Shown here one piece after another: positions 7,793-18,139 of a DNA stretch of 64,000 nt. A program made the translations under genes and the position numbers. Position 1 is the stretch's first letter. The number at the start of each line of letters is the position of its first letter. The DNA is from Thermoplasmatota archaeon (GTDB lineage: Archaea > Thermoplasmatota > E2 > DHVEG-1): NCBI GenBank assembly GCA_030619765.1, contig JAUXAU010000002.1, forward strand, positions 1,724-65,723, given 5' to 3'. Under the pieces are notes generated by a model. It was not told the DNA's origin and ran no database searches. It was given only the letters and a program-made list of their open reading frames with translations.

Positions 7793-8752
7793 TTATGTAG
7801 TCTCGATACGTTGTTTGTTCACTACATATAAACCAAGAATCACCAATGCGCCGCCAAAAATAAACAACCAAGTTATTTTATCTTGGAAGAGAATATAGCT
7901 AATTATCGTTGACAATACCGGAATAAAATAAAGATAAACACTAATTTTAGAAGCACTTTTTATTTCAAGTGCCACATACCATAAAACATAACTAATAACA
8001 GTTGAGAATATTCCAAGAAATATTACTACACTCCAACCTGTAACTGACATAGCTGCAACTTCTTCAAAAAGTGAGTTGCTAATAAACGGGATTAATCCAA
8101 GACTTCCAAATAAAAATGCATAAACAGTAAGTGAAAGAGCCGAATAACGAGATAGCATCTTTTTACCGGCAACCGTATAGCCTGCACCCACTAATGCTCC
8201 AATAAGAACCGCAAAAGCACCAGACACATATTTTATTTCCATAGGAATATCAGGTTTAGCAATGATTGAAATGATTACTACTCCTACCAAAGAGAGAATG
8301 ATCCCTAAAACTATTTTTAACGTAATTTTTTCTTTTAGAAATATTGCTGCTAAAACAACGACAAATATCGGAATTGTGGCAATAATCAGGCTTGCAGCAC
8401 TGGCTGAAATGTATTGTTCACCATAATTAAGCCCTAGATGATATATTACTATACCTGTAAAACCGAGTAGGAAAATGGGAAGTATATCTTTCTTATGTAG
8501 TTTTGAAAATTTATTAGGTATTGTTGGTAGTAGAATGAGAAAAACAATACAAGCTACCAAAAGACGCATTATTGTAAGATTAACAGGTGAAAGTTCTTCC
8601 AATCCAATTTTTATTAATGGAAATGCAAAGGCCCAGAAGACAATGGGTATTCCAATTATCAAAAAGAAATATTTTTTTGCAAATACATCTTTTTTTACAC
8701 TATAATCTGACATTGTATGATAGGGGCATATGCAAAGCTGATTTAAAATCAT
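7793..8752 (-). CDS. EamA/DMT-superfamily transporter
   Basis: About 10 predicted TM helices in two similar halves. The likely start is the internal Met at 8713 (MSDYSVKK). Confidence 0.65.
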   Translation of the reverse strand: MILNQLCICPYHTMSDYSVKKDVFAKKYFFLIIGIPIVFWAFAFPLIKIGLEELSPVNLTIMRLLVACIVFLILLPTIPNKFSKLHKKDILPIFLLGFTGIVIYHLGLNYGEQYISASAASLIIATIPIFVVVLAAIFLKEKITLKIVLGIILSLVGVVIISIIAKPDIPMEIKYVSGAFAVLIGALVGAGYTVAGKKMLSRYSALSLTVYAFLFGSLGLIPFISNSLFEEVAAMSVTGWSVVIFLGIFSTVISYVLWYVALEIKSASKISVYLYFIPVLSTIISYILFQDKITWLFIFGGALVILGLYVVNKQRIETT

Positions 8753-8956
8753 TTTTTAAAAAAATTTCAAAGATGACTTAAGAAATATAATCTCTTTTAA
8801 AACTTATTTTAAATTTATGAAGAAGGATTATTTCTTTAAGATTGTTAATAAATATTGCCCTGCACATGTAGATGAATATATAGATATTGATGTATCAGGT
8901 TGTTTACATAAGAAAATAGTTTATTAACAAAAAGAAAGTATCAGTTAATAGAAAAG

Positions 8957-9304
8957 ATGGTGGACGGGATGCAAAGAGTAGAGAAATTAGGATCTTCTCT
9001 CGAAATAAAGAGGCCTCTTGCTATTAGAGCTTTGAGAAGGAGCAATGTTAGGAAAAGGATTGCGGAATATCTTTTTGATATTAGTCCAAGTTATAGCTAT
9101 ACCTCTGATATAGCATATCATGTTAGAACAACACCATCTAATGTAATTGGCGCTATGAGAGGTATACAAACAAGATATAAGGAAGAAGAGTCGCTTCTAA
9201 CTCTTGATATGGTTGAGGAAAAGAATTGTGGCAATAATATACGATTATATGGAATAACGGATTTTGGAAAAGAAATGTTAAAAACCATAAAAGATAGGAG
9301 ATAA
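8957..9304 (+). CDS. small winged-helix DNA-binding protein (putative regulator)
   Basis: 115 aa. RKRIAEYLFDISPSYSYTSDIAYHVRTTPSNVIGAMRG resembles an ArsR/TrmB-like wHTH. Confidence 0.35.
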   Translation: MVDGMQRVEKLGSSLEIKRPLAIRALRRSNVRKRIAEYLFDISPSYSYTSDIAYHVRTTPSNVIGAMRGIQTRYKEEESLLTLDMVEEKNCGNNIRLYGITDFGKEMLKTIKDRR

Positions 9305-9415
9305 AAACAGCCTTTTATTATTTTTTTTTAATATTCTACCAGTATGACAAATAAAACTAACATGCGTTAAGTTTATTAATGTTAGACATATTATAAAAAT
9401 AAAGGGGTTTAAAAT

Positions 9416-12175
9416 ATGAATAAAAAAATTAAATTGATTTTAAGCGTAGCAATATGCATGTTTTTAATTGCTACAGCTTTTAACGCAACTGGCAACACAC
9501 ATAAAAGCGATGAAATATCTTACTACGAAAATACTGGTGAGATAATTAACGAACAGGTTATTACCGTGCCCGGCTCATCGATTCTACTCACACTATGGGA
9601 TGAGCAGCTAGATAGCGGCGAAATCGTTCCTTATTACAGTATTAGCCTTGACGGAGGACAGTCTGTTGTACGGACAGTGCAACCTTCTTACGAGCTTGGA
9701 CTAAGGTATGCCCATTTCGACCCATTGGAATGGGTACCGACGGTAGAGCCATTGCTGGCTGCTAATGTTGATACCAACCTATTCATCGTACAATTCGTCA
9801 CGCAGCCTTTAGAAGAATTTAAAAATGCAATTGAATCTTTGGGCGGTTTTGTTCGTCAATATATTGCACAATATGCATATCTTATAGAAATGAGTGATGA
9901 TGTAAAATTACAAGTTGAGTCGCTCCCATATGTTCGCTGGATTGGTGATTATCATCCTGCATATAGACTTGAAGAATATATGATTGATAATTTTGAAAAT
10001 GCAGAACAAATGTATCCACTTCAACGCTATAATATACAGGTTCATACTGTTGAAATGAAAGAAATTGTTGCAAATAAATTAAATGACATTGATGGAACGC
10101 AAATTAAAGCAAATGCTGGAAAAGTTCTAGTTGAAGCAACTCTTACACCTCAACAATTATTTGAAGTGATACGGTGGAATGAAATTAACTTTGTTGATCG
10201 CTGGAGTGAATATGAGGTTGATATGGACATCGGTCGTGAGATAGGCGGTGCAAACTACATAGAATCTGTTGGTGGATACACAGGTAACGACGTTAGAGGG
10301 GAATCATTTGATACTGGATTTAATCTTAACCATGTTGATTTTCAACAAAATCCATTAATTGTCCATGGACCTTCTTGTGGAAGTGATTCTCATGGAACAG
10401 CTACTGCTGGGATTCTCTTTGGTACAGGTACTGGTAATCCAGATGCCCGAGGGCTACTCCCTGATGGTCAAGGTATTGTTGCAGATTATAGTGTAATTGG
10501 TCTGGAAGGACAAAACCGTTATGATCATAGTGGAGAACTTATTGAAGATCCATATTATGCAGTTTTCCAAACAACTAGTGTCGGAAGTGGCCGTACAACA
10601 CAATATACCACGGTTTCAGCTGATACAGATCAGGCTATTTTTGATTTTGATCTTGTACATTGTCAATCACAAAGCAATGCTGGAGATCAAATGTCAAGAC
10701 CTCAGGCCTGGGCAAAAAATATGGTCTCCGGTGGCGCTGTTTATCACTATGATACACTTGACAAGTCAGATGATATGTGGAATTATGGTGCTAGTATTGG
10801 ACCTGCATCTGACGGAAGAATAAAACCAACTTTTGCATTCTTTTATGACAAAATTTTAACTGTTGGATACCCTGGAAATAATGATTATACTTCTAGTTTT
10901 GGGGGAACAAGCGGTGCAACACCAATGACTGCAGGTCATGTTGGTCTATTTTTTGAGATGTGGGATGATGGAATATTTGGTAATGAGGTAGTTCCCGGCG
11001 GTAGCGTATTTGAAAATAAAGCTCATTTTACAACAGCCAAAGCAATGCTTATAAACACTGCTGAACAATACGATTTCTCTGGTCCCAGTCATGATAAAAC
11101 CCGTATGCATCAAGGCTGGGGAATGCCCCATGTTGGGAATCTATATGATCTCCGTGAGAAGATATATGTCATCGATGAGACCGACATATTAGAACCTTTT
11201 GACGTAGAGCAACATATTGTCGCGGTGGAGACGGGTGAGCCCGCCCTAAAAGTGACAATGACATACGCTGATCCACCTGGTAACCCAGCAGTTCAATCTC
11301 AACATCGAATCAATGATCTGACACTAAAGGTTATTTCACCCACAGGCACCATTTACTATGGAAACAACGGCCTACTAGATGGAGTTTGGTCGACACCTGA
11401 CGGCAATCCAGACACGAAAAACACTGTCGAATGTGTCTTTGTTGAGAATCCAGAATCAGGTGCCTGGACAGTAGAGGTCCATGCCGACGAGATCATCGAG
11501 GACAGCCACGTTGAAACACCTGAGCTAGATGCTGATTATGCACTCGTGGTCAGTCCCGTAATGTCTGGACCTTTTCCACCAGAAATAAATGGTCCCATCG
11601 ACGGAGACTTGGAGGAGGAGTACGAGTTTACAATCATGACCACGGACCCTTCAGGCGAAGATGTATATTATTGGATAGAATGGGGGGATGGAACAATGGA
11701 AGAATGGATTGGTCCTTATGCTTCTGGTGAGATTGTAACGGTGAGTCACGCATGGACTGAAAAAGGAACGTATTCCATTAAAGGAAAAGCCAAGAACGCC
11801 GTAAATGCTGAAGGCGCCTGGTCAGAACCTTTCAATATTACGATTTTTGCACCTGAACTTGATGCAGGCCTTATCACTGGTGGATTATTCAAAGTAAGTG
11901 CAAAAATCATAAACAAAGGTGGCGCTGAAGCAACCAGCATAAATTGGAGCATCACCTTGGAAGGCGGTATTATACTTCTTGGTGGAGAAACAACCGGCAC
12001 GACTCCAAGCATCCCTGACGGTGGCGAAGTAATAGTTAGTTCATCGCTAATATTGGGATTCGGAAATACAAAAATAACGATTACTATGGAAGAGCCACAT
12101 GGATCTTCAGATACCAGAGAACAAGGTGGAAAGTTATTGCTATTCTTTATCAAGGTTAACCCCAGTGGCGGTTAA
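9416..12175 (+). CDS. secreted subtilisin-like serine protease (S8) with P-domain-like, WGDG/PKD-like and C-terminal beta-sandwich modules
   Basis: Signal peptide present. Catalytic triad contexts FDTG (Asp), DSHGTATAG (His) and GGTSGATPMTAG (Ser). RINDLTLKVISPTGTIYYGNNG resembles the convertase P-domain. Also contains YYWIEWGDG. Confidence 0.8.
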   Translation: MNKKIKLILSVAICMFLIATAFNATGNTHKSDEISYYENTGEIINEQVITVPGSSILLTLWDEQLDSGEIVPYYSISLDGGQSVVRTVQPSYELGLRYAHFDPLEWVPTVEPLLAANVDTNLFIVQFVTQPLEEFKNAIESLGGFVRQYIAQYAYLIEMSDDVKLQVESLPYVRWIGDYHPAYRLEEYMIDNFENAEQMYPLQRYNIQVHTVEMKEIVANKLNDIDGTQIKANAGKVLVEATLTPQQLFEVIRWNEINFVDRWSEYEVDMDIGREIGGANYIESVGGYTGNDVRGESFDTGFNLNHVDFQQNPLIVHGPSCGSDSHGTATAGILFGTGTGNPDARGLLPDGQGIVADYSVIGLEGQNRYDHSGELIEDPYYAVFQTTSVGSGRTTQYTTVSADTDQAIFDFDLVHCQSQSNAGDQMSRPQAWAKNMVSGGAVYHYDTLDKSDDMWNYGASIGPASDGRIKPTFAFFYDKILTVGYPGNNDYTSSFGGTSGATPMTAGHVGLFFEMWDDGIFGNEVVPGGSVFENKAHFTTAKAMLINTAEQYDFSGPSHDKTRMHQGWGMPHVGNLYDLREKIYVIDETDILEPFDVEQHIVAVETGEPALKVTMTYADPPGNPAVQSQHRINDLTLKVISPTGTIYYGNNGLLDGVWSTPDGNPDTKNTVECVFVENPESGAWTVEVHADEIIEDSHVETPELDADYALVVSPVMSGPFPPEINGPIDGDLEEEYEFTIMTTDPSGEDVYYWIEWGDGTMEEWIGPYASGEIVTVSHAWTEKGTYSIKGKAKNAVNAEGAWSEPFNITIFAPELDAGLITGGLFKVSAKIINKGGAEATSINWSITLEGGIILLGGETTGTTPSIPDGGEVIVSSSLILGFGNTKITITMEEPHGSSDTREQGGKLLLFFIKVNPSGG

Positions 12176-12358
12176 TAATACTATAAATTAGAAGACTTTC
12201 TCTTCTTTTTTTTATTTTTTAATTTAAACTAAAAATAGGTTGTCCGACGAGCAAGTAATTAGATAGTCAATTGGTAATATCAGCTATAATTTGATAATAT
12301 TTATTTATATACACAAACATAATATATATCTAAAACATTCAAATATCGGGGAACAAAA

Positions 12359-13900
12359 TTGAATAAAAATGATTTGTGGAAGAAAGTTTTAGTCTTTGGA
12401 ATACTATTTGCATTTATTGGTGTGAGTATTGCATCAGCATCATTAATTCCAAAAAGTGCTGAAAAAACTAGTAACAGCGATATACCTACATGGTATGAAG
12501 GAGATGAATGGATATATACTGCCGATCCTGTGTTTTATTCGGGAGAAAATGGATCTTTTTCTGGAAAAATAGAGAATTTAAAAAACAAAGTGTTGAACAT
12601 AACAAATATTATGCATGATGGCAAGCAATATAAGGTTTATGGAGTTGAGATAACTGGGGACATAAGTGGAGATTTTTCATTTAACGAACTCTCTGGTGAT
12701 CTTGTTGGTGAAATTATCGGAACAACCTTTATACGAGTTTCTGATCTTGCTCAAATAAAAACTGAAATATTATCAGAAGGAACCATTAAAATATTATTTG
12801 TAGACCTAGACTATGAGGCAAACTTTGACACAAATTTTTTCCCTCCGTTGGAATTGTATGACTTTCCTTTAAATGTAGGTGAACAATGGGATATATCCTG
12901 TGAAAGTGTCTCATCAGGAGCATTTAGTTTAGAAGGATTGATCAATGACTCGTTCTCTGGAAGTCAATGGATAATTGGAACGATGTATTGCGATAAGAAG
13001 GAGGATGTGAACGTTCCTGCTGGAGTATTTGAATGTTATAAACTCAATCGTACTGACAATGCCGTCTGGTATTCTCCAGATGTCGGTAATTCCGTTAAAT
13101 CAATTGTGGACATGAGTGATGAAAATACAACATTCCTTGCAACTCTTTCTCTCGAATCGTTTTCCCGGAGCATCCAACCTATTACCATTACTCTCGATAT
13201 TGATCCACCCGAAACGGTTTCTGGTGAAATGGTGAATATTTCTGGCCAAGCAATAGAGTCGGGAACGGGCAATCCTCTTCAAAATGCAGATATTTCAATA
13301 GAAATTCCATCAACAGGTGATATTTGGGTTACAACTACGGATATTGATGGATATTATTCGGAAACCATTGTAGCCCCTGAAATAACAGATGATACACCAT
13401 CTGCTGACGAAATCGGTTCTGATGGAGTCATCGTACAGTGCTTGTCACCTCCTCCATTTGGCATTAGAGTGAAAACACTAGTAATAATAGAAAATACTTC
13501 TCCAGATACACCAACTATAGATGGTTCCACAAGTGGCAAAGTAGGAACGGAGTATGACTATACATTTTCCTCGACAGATCCTGATGGAGATGATGTATAT
13601 TATTACATCGACTGGGGTGATGGCGAGTTTGAAGACTGGTTTGGCCCATTTAATTCTGGTGATCCACAGATAAAAAGCCATTCCTGGTCTGAACAAGATA
13701 CTTATACAATTAAAGCCAAAGCTAAAGATACAAAGGGTTTGGAAAGTGATTGGGGTACATTAGAAGTCACTATGCCAATGAACCATCAGTCAACAAACAT
13801 GTTGTTTTTTCAATTTCTAGAAAAAATTCTACAGCGTTTTCTGCTCTTTGATTGGATACTATCATCGTTTCCAGCCTTAAACAGAATATTAACTCTCTAA
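12359..13900 (+). CDS. secreted multidomain protein (CarboxypepD_reg-like + WGDG/PKD-like module + FPxL tail)
   Basis: TTG start after a GGGGA RBS, followed by a signal peptide. Contains ISGQAIESGTGNPLQNADISIE...DIDGYYSETI and YYYIDWGDGEFEDWFGPF. The C-terminus is LFFQFLEKILQRFLLFDWILSSFPALNRILTL. Confidence 0.6.
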   Translation: MNKNDLWKKVLVFGILFAFIGVSIASASLIPKSAEKTSNSDIPTWYEGDEWIYTADPVFYSGENGSFSGKIENLKNKVLNITNIMHDGKQYKVYGVEITGDISGDFSFNELSGDLVGEIIGTTFIRVSDLAQIKTEILSEGTIKILFVDLDYEANFDTNFFPPLELYDFPLNVGEQWDISCESVSSGAFSLEGLINDSFSGSQWIIGTMYCDKKEDVNVPAGVFECYKLNRTDNAVWYSPDVGNSVKSIVDMSDENTTFLATLSLESFSRSIQPITITLDIDPPETVSGEMVNISGQAIESGTGNPLQNADISIEIPSTGDIWVTTTDIDGYYSETIVAPEITDDTPSADEIGSDGVIVQCLSPPPFGIRVKTLVIIENTSPDTPTIDGSTSGKVGTEYDYTFSSTDPDGDDVYYYIDWGDGEFEDWFGPFNSGDPQIKSHSWSEQDTYTIKAKAKDTKGLESDWGTLEVTMPMNHQSTNMLFFQFLEKILQRFLLFDWILSSFPALNRILTL

Positions 13901-14591
13901 TGAAATATCAATAAACCATTTTTCTTTTGGCCATTTATTTGTCTTTTTGTCACACATAAATTATTTTACTAGTTTCATTTATTTTACATTTCCAAATTGC
14001 GATTCTGTAGCACTCTCTCTGTTTATAAATTATTACTGCCCTACTTTTCCACCTGAACATAGGAGTTTACGATTGAAAAACACCCCATCCAAGCAGCATG
14101 ATATGGGAGAAGATCTTGTGGACGGAAGGGGAACTGGGAGGAAAAAATGAAAAAGAAGACTTAGAGGTAAAAATCCCCTTCCTCCACTCAACCGTATAAT
14201 TATATGTTTTAAGGTTATTTAAATATTGCCGTATAGTTTATCGACAATTGCCGAATATACTCGATACCTAAGATGTTCTAAACCACGTCAATAATTTAGT
14301 ATCAAAAGAAAAAGAAAACAAGCCTAACTTTGCTTATAATGTTTTATTTACGCTATTTTAAAAAGATAAGATGGTTTTAGATTGCAACCTATGGCATATC
14401 AACGGTTTTTGGCTGGACTCATTATTATGATAATTGGTTTGGCTAATAAAGACAAGTGGGAAAAAAAATTGATTGCAATGTAATAAATCATCCTTACATC
14501 CATCAGACAAATAACAATTTTTAAGGTTCAGATCCCCTACATGAAAAATGACGTTTTAACGTGCTTAACAGGAGGAAATTACTCCTAGATT

Positions 14592-14663
14592 AGCCGCTGG
14601 GGGGAATTGAACCCCCGACCTATTCCTTACCAAGGAATCGCTATACCTCTAAGCCACAGCGGC
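14592..14663 (-). tRNA. tRNA-Thr (GGT)
   Basis: Reverse complement GCCGCTG-TG-GCT..AGC-..-ATTCC-TTGGTAA-GGAAT-AGGTC-GGGGG-TTCAATT-CCCCC-CAGCGGC-T. Anticodon GGT, canonical T-loop, no CCA, no intron. Confidence 0.85.
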
Positions 14664-14753
14664 ATATTTTACTCCCTGAATGGAGAGGGGGTTTATTTTA
14701 ATTTTTGGCAAAATTGGGTTGAATAGGAATGTTTTTTAGAAGGATGTTCATTT

Positions 14754-15650
14754 TTGAAACAGATGAAATTTATAAAATCAATCGATTTGCCCGACGTACA
14801 ATCCCGACTTTCTCCATCAAAATTCAAGATAACTAGAGTAGGAGTAACCGGTGTTAAAAAACTTGTTCATATAAAAAGGCCTGATAAGGAATCTGTACTT
14901 CCGTTAGTTGTTAAAATGGATCTTTTCGTTGATCTTCCTGCATCACAAAAAGGAAGTCACATGTCCAGGAATTTAGAACTTGTGTCGGATATAATTGACC
15001 TAAATCTTCAGAAACCTGTCTCTGATTTGGAATCTTTTTGTGCTAAAACTGCTAAACTACTTCTTGAAAAACATGATTATGCAACGTTTTCAGAAGTCAA
15101 GGCAGAGGCAGACTACTTTTTGGATGTTACATATCCATCTGGCAAAAAGGGATCAGAACCATACAAGCTTGTAGCAGAAGCAAGAGCAAAAAGTAATGGG
15201 GAGATTAAAAAACTAATTGGTGTAAAAGCAATAGGCATGACAGCATGTCCTTGTGCAATGGAAGTGGTCAAGAAGTTAGACTCTCGTGATAAATATTTTC
15301 CCTCTCCTACTCATAATCAGCGAAATATTGGTACATTGATAATAGAGGTTCCACGTGATGTACAATCAGTTGATGCAGACGATCTAATTAATATCGTAGA
15401 AAAATCATTTAGCAGCCCAACCTATAGCATTTTAAAACGTAAGGAGGAAGGAGAGTTAGTTTTAAGTGCACATAGAAAACCTAAGTTTGTTGAAGATGTT
15501 GTGAGAGACATGCTAAGTGACGTTTTGAAGAGATATAAGGATCTTCCTGATGACGTAGTCGTAATATCTAGAAGTGAAAGTGAAGAATCAATCCATAAAC
15601 ATAATGCGTTTGCTGAACGTGTTACAACACTTGGTGAACTGAGAAAATAA
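14754..15650 (+). CDS. mptA: GTP cyclohydrolase MptA / FolE2 (type IB) family
   Basis: DLPDVQS, ITRVGVTGVKK, DLPASQKGSHMSRN and GMTACPCAME match the FolE2/MptA family pattern. Start is TTG at 14754 or ATG at 14763. Confidence 0.7.
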   Translation: MKQMKFIKSIDLPDVQSRLSPSKFKITRVGVTGVKKLVHIKRPDKESVLPLVVKMDLFVDLPASQKGSHMSRNLELVSDIIDLNLQKPVSDLESFCAKTAKLLLEKHDYATFSEVKAEADYFLDVTYPSGKKGSEPYKLVAEARAKSNGEIKKLIGVKAIGMTACPCAMEVVKKLDSRDKYFPSPTHNQRNIGTLIIEVPRDVQSVDADDLINIVEKSFSSPTYSILKRKEEGELVLSAHRKPKFVEDVVRDMLSDVLKRYKDLPDDVVVISRSESEESIHKHNAFAERVTTLGELRK

Positions 15651-15775
15651 TCAGAACATAAAAATAGCCATTAAAAATCAATATCTTCTAATAGTTCTGA
15701 TGTGTATTATTTTTAAATCATTATGTTTCTCTCCATAAAAAACATTTAAAAACAATTGCTTGATTACAGCCCCCC

Positions 15776-16900
15776 ATGCCAAAATATCATATTGCATATC
15801 TTCCTGGAGATGGCATCGGAAACGACGTAATGGATGCAGCAAAAATTGTTCTTGATGCAATAGACCTTGATGCAGAATATATTCATGGGGATATTGGTTG
15901 GGAATTTTGGAAAACAGAAGGAAATCCTTTACCAGATCGAACTGTTGAATTGTTAAAGGAAACAAATTGTTGTCTTTTCGGTGCAATAACATCGAAACCA
16001 AATGAAGATGCTGAAAAAGAATTGATACCTGAGCTGAGAAATAAAGGAATTGTTTATTCAGGTGCAATTGTAAGACTGCGTCAGGAATTAAATTTACATA
16101 CAAATTTACGACATTGCAAAGCTTATCCTGGAAATCCATTGAACTACAGAGATGATATAGACTTGGTTGTTTTTAGGGAAAATACCGAAGGGCTTTATGC
16201 CGGTGTTGAGTTTAGACCTCTTAGTAAAGAAGTCTTTAATGCACTCATGACTCATAAAAAAATGAAGAAGTTTGAGAATATATCGCTTGATGATATGGCT
16301 GTTTCTTGTAGAATTTTTACTAGGAAGGCATGTCAAAATATTGTAAGACAGGCTTTTGAATATGCAAAAGAGCACAATCGTAGTTCAGTAACTCTAGTTG
16401 AAAAACCAAATGTTATTAGGGAAACCAGTGGAATGATGGTACAAGAAGCGCGTAGAATAGCTAAGGAGTATCCAAATATTGAATTGTGGGAAACAAACGT
16501 TGATGCAATGTGTATGTGGCTTGTAAAAAACCCGCAGGATTATGATGTACTGGTATCTTCAAACATGTTTGGCGATATCATCTCAGATCTTGCTGCTCAG
16601 CTTGTAGGGGGTCTAGGATTTGCGGCCAGTGAAAACATAGGTGATAACTATGCAGTTTTTGAACCTATACATGGCTCTGCACCCAAATATGCAGGACAAT
16701 ACAAGGTTAACCCAATTGCCATGATTCGTTCAGTGAAATTAATGTTGGATTGGCTTGGTGAAAAACAATATGCTGAAAATCTGGACAAGGCAATAGCTTC
16801 TGTAATCAAAGAGAGAAAAATAACAACCTATGATCTTGGTGGAACAAATACATCTTTAGAGATGGCAGAAACAATAGCAAAAAAATATGAGGAACTCTAA
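15776..16900 (+). CDS. isocitrate/isopropylmalate dehydrogenase-family beta-decarboxylating dehydrogenase
   Basis: YLPGDGIGNDV N-terminus, LRQELNLHTNLR, FRENTEGLYAG and NMFGDIISDLAAQLVGGLG. Substrate cannot be assigned by eye. Confidence 0.75.
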   Translation: MPKYHIAYLPGDGIGNDVMDAAKIVLDAIDLDAEYIHGDIGWEFWKTEGNPLPDRTVELLKETNCCLFGAITSKPNEDAEKELIPELRNKGIVYSGAIVRLRQELNLHTNLRHCKAYPGNPLNYRDDIDLVVFRENTEGLYAGVEFRPLSKEVFNALMTHKKMKKFENISLDDMAVSCRIFTRKACQNIVRQAFEYAKEHNRSSVTLVEKPNVIRETSGMMVQEARRIAKEYPNIELWETNVDAMCMWLVKNPQDYDVLVSSNMFGDIISDLAAQLVGGLGFAASENIGDNYAVFEPIHGSAPKYAGQYKVNPIAMIRSVKLMLDWLGEKQYAENLDKAIASVIKERKITTYDLGGTNTSLEMAETIAKKYEEL

Positions 16901-17123
16901 GGTCAAATCAAAGATTATACTTAAGATAAACCAGTGAGTACTCTTTAATTTTTAAGCTATGCGTAATTAATTGGCAATATTTTGTAGCTGACTATTGGTA
17001 AAAAGTCATAATGAACTGTGTATAATATAACTAGAATATTTACAAATGTAAATAGAATTAAAAATAAAATTAAAAAAGAGATTTGAATTGAATGTTTTTA
17101 GGTTTTGTTATCGTGCGCCTATT

Positions 17124-17498
17124 TTACAGAATTTGTATTCCGCCTTCGAAGAACCCGAACACGTATGTGAATAGGCCAAGTCCTACTTCATACATTCGTC
17201 CTAAATAGGCTGAATCCTTGAATATTACTGTGTTCAACGTTACCCATCCTACGGTTCTCTCGGTTGGAGTAATCTGGATGTAGAATAGCCTGATCGCCAT
17301 CGCGTGATTGAGGTTTCCCTTTCGGAGTCGATGAAATAGCAATCCCTTGAGGAACACTCTGCCAACGGAAGTTTGTTCTGGATCATTTTCTGTCTCTGTC
17401 ATCCCTGCTGCCAGGGGTATTGTTGTCAACATCAGCATGCAAACAAGTAGGCCGATTATTTTCTTTTTCATAACCTTCATAATTTTTTCCCCATTCAC
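17124..17498 (-). CDS. small secreted protein, paralogue family A (with 48548 and 49672)
   Basis: Signal LLVCMLMLTTIPLAAGM, then VGRVFLKGLLFHRLRKG...AMAIRLFYIQITPTERTVGWV...YLGRMYE..GLF.YVFGFFEGGIQIL. Collinear with the 48548..48937 product. Confidence 0.55.
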   Translation of the reverse strand: MNGEKIMKVMKKKIIGLLVCMLMLTTIPLAAGMTETENDPEQTSVGRVFLKGLLFHRLRKGNLNHAMAIRLFYIQITPTERTVGWVTLNTVIFKDSAYLGRMYEVGLGLFTYVFGFFEGGIQIL

Positions 17499-17533
17499 TA
17501 ATATATCAATCAGTATATAAATGTTTTGTTAAT

Positions 17534-18139
17534 TTAACCAAAAATATTCCTCAATTTGTCCTCAAAGCGTAATAGTTTATCTATAGATTTCTCAAGAATT
17601 TGGTTTGAAATATCTACTAAGAGCTGTAGATAGTTCTCCTTACAAAATAAAAATCCATCTCTTCCGATGGGTGCATCAAGACGTTCGGTACTACAAACCT
17701 CGACAACGATTTTTCTTCCAATAGATTTTATTCCTGAGTTTTTAAATCCGCTTGCGATTGCAGTTTTTACTATCTTATCTGCTGTTTTACTTGTATCAGC
17801 TACGATGTGTATAATGGGTGATTGTGCAATTAACCATAACAGACCATTTTTCGCTTTTGCTGCTGCTGTTTCTACTTCGCTAGGTTCTATGGTTCTATGC
17901 CATTTTCCAAGAAATTTCGCTCTTTTTTTATCTCCTATGCTAGGTATTTCCAACAAAACAATTCTGCCGGCACAACTACTCGAGGTATAACATTCTTCAG
18001 AATCATTAATTAAACTGAGTATTGGTAAGATTTCTTTATCTGCTTTTTTTTCAGTGCAGGCTTTTTCTAGAGATTTGAGAGCTTTCTCTTTTGCATCCAA
18101 AAACTCTTTTTTTATCATTTTCACTCTTATTTCAGGCAT
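17534..18139 (-). CDS. taw3: tRNA wyosine-derivative methyltransferase Taw3/TYW3
   Basis: 201 aa with SSSCAGRIVLLE, matching the TYW3 S-[ST]-C-[SA]-G-R-I signature. Confidence 0.6.
   Translation of the reverse strand: MPEIRVKMIKKEFLDAKEKALKSLEKACTEKKADKEILPILSLINDSEECYTSSSCAGRIVLLEIPSIGDKKRAKFLGKWHRTIEPSEVETAAAKAKNGLLWLIAQSPIIHIVADTSKTADKIVKTAIASGFKNSGIKSIGRKIVVEVCSTERLDAPIGRDGFLFCKENYLQLLVDISNQILEKSIDKLLRFEDKLRNIFG

Noticed and set aside
13947-14150. The 67-aa track ORF as a real gene.
   Set aside because: It has no RBS, an odd composition and no motif. It lies in a long AT-rich spacer, and the nearby G/C-rich inverted repeat is reported separately.
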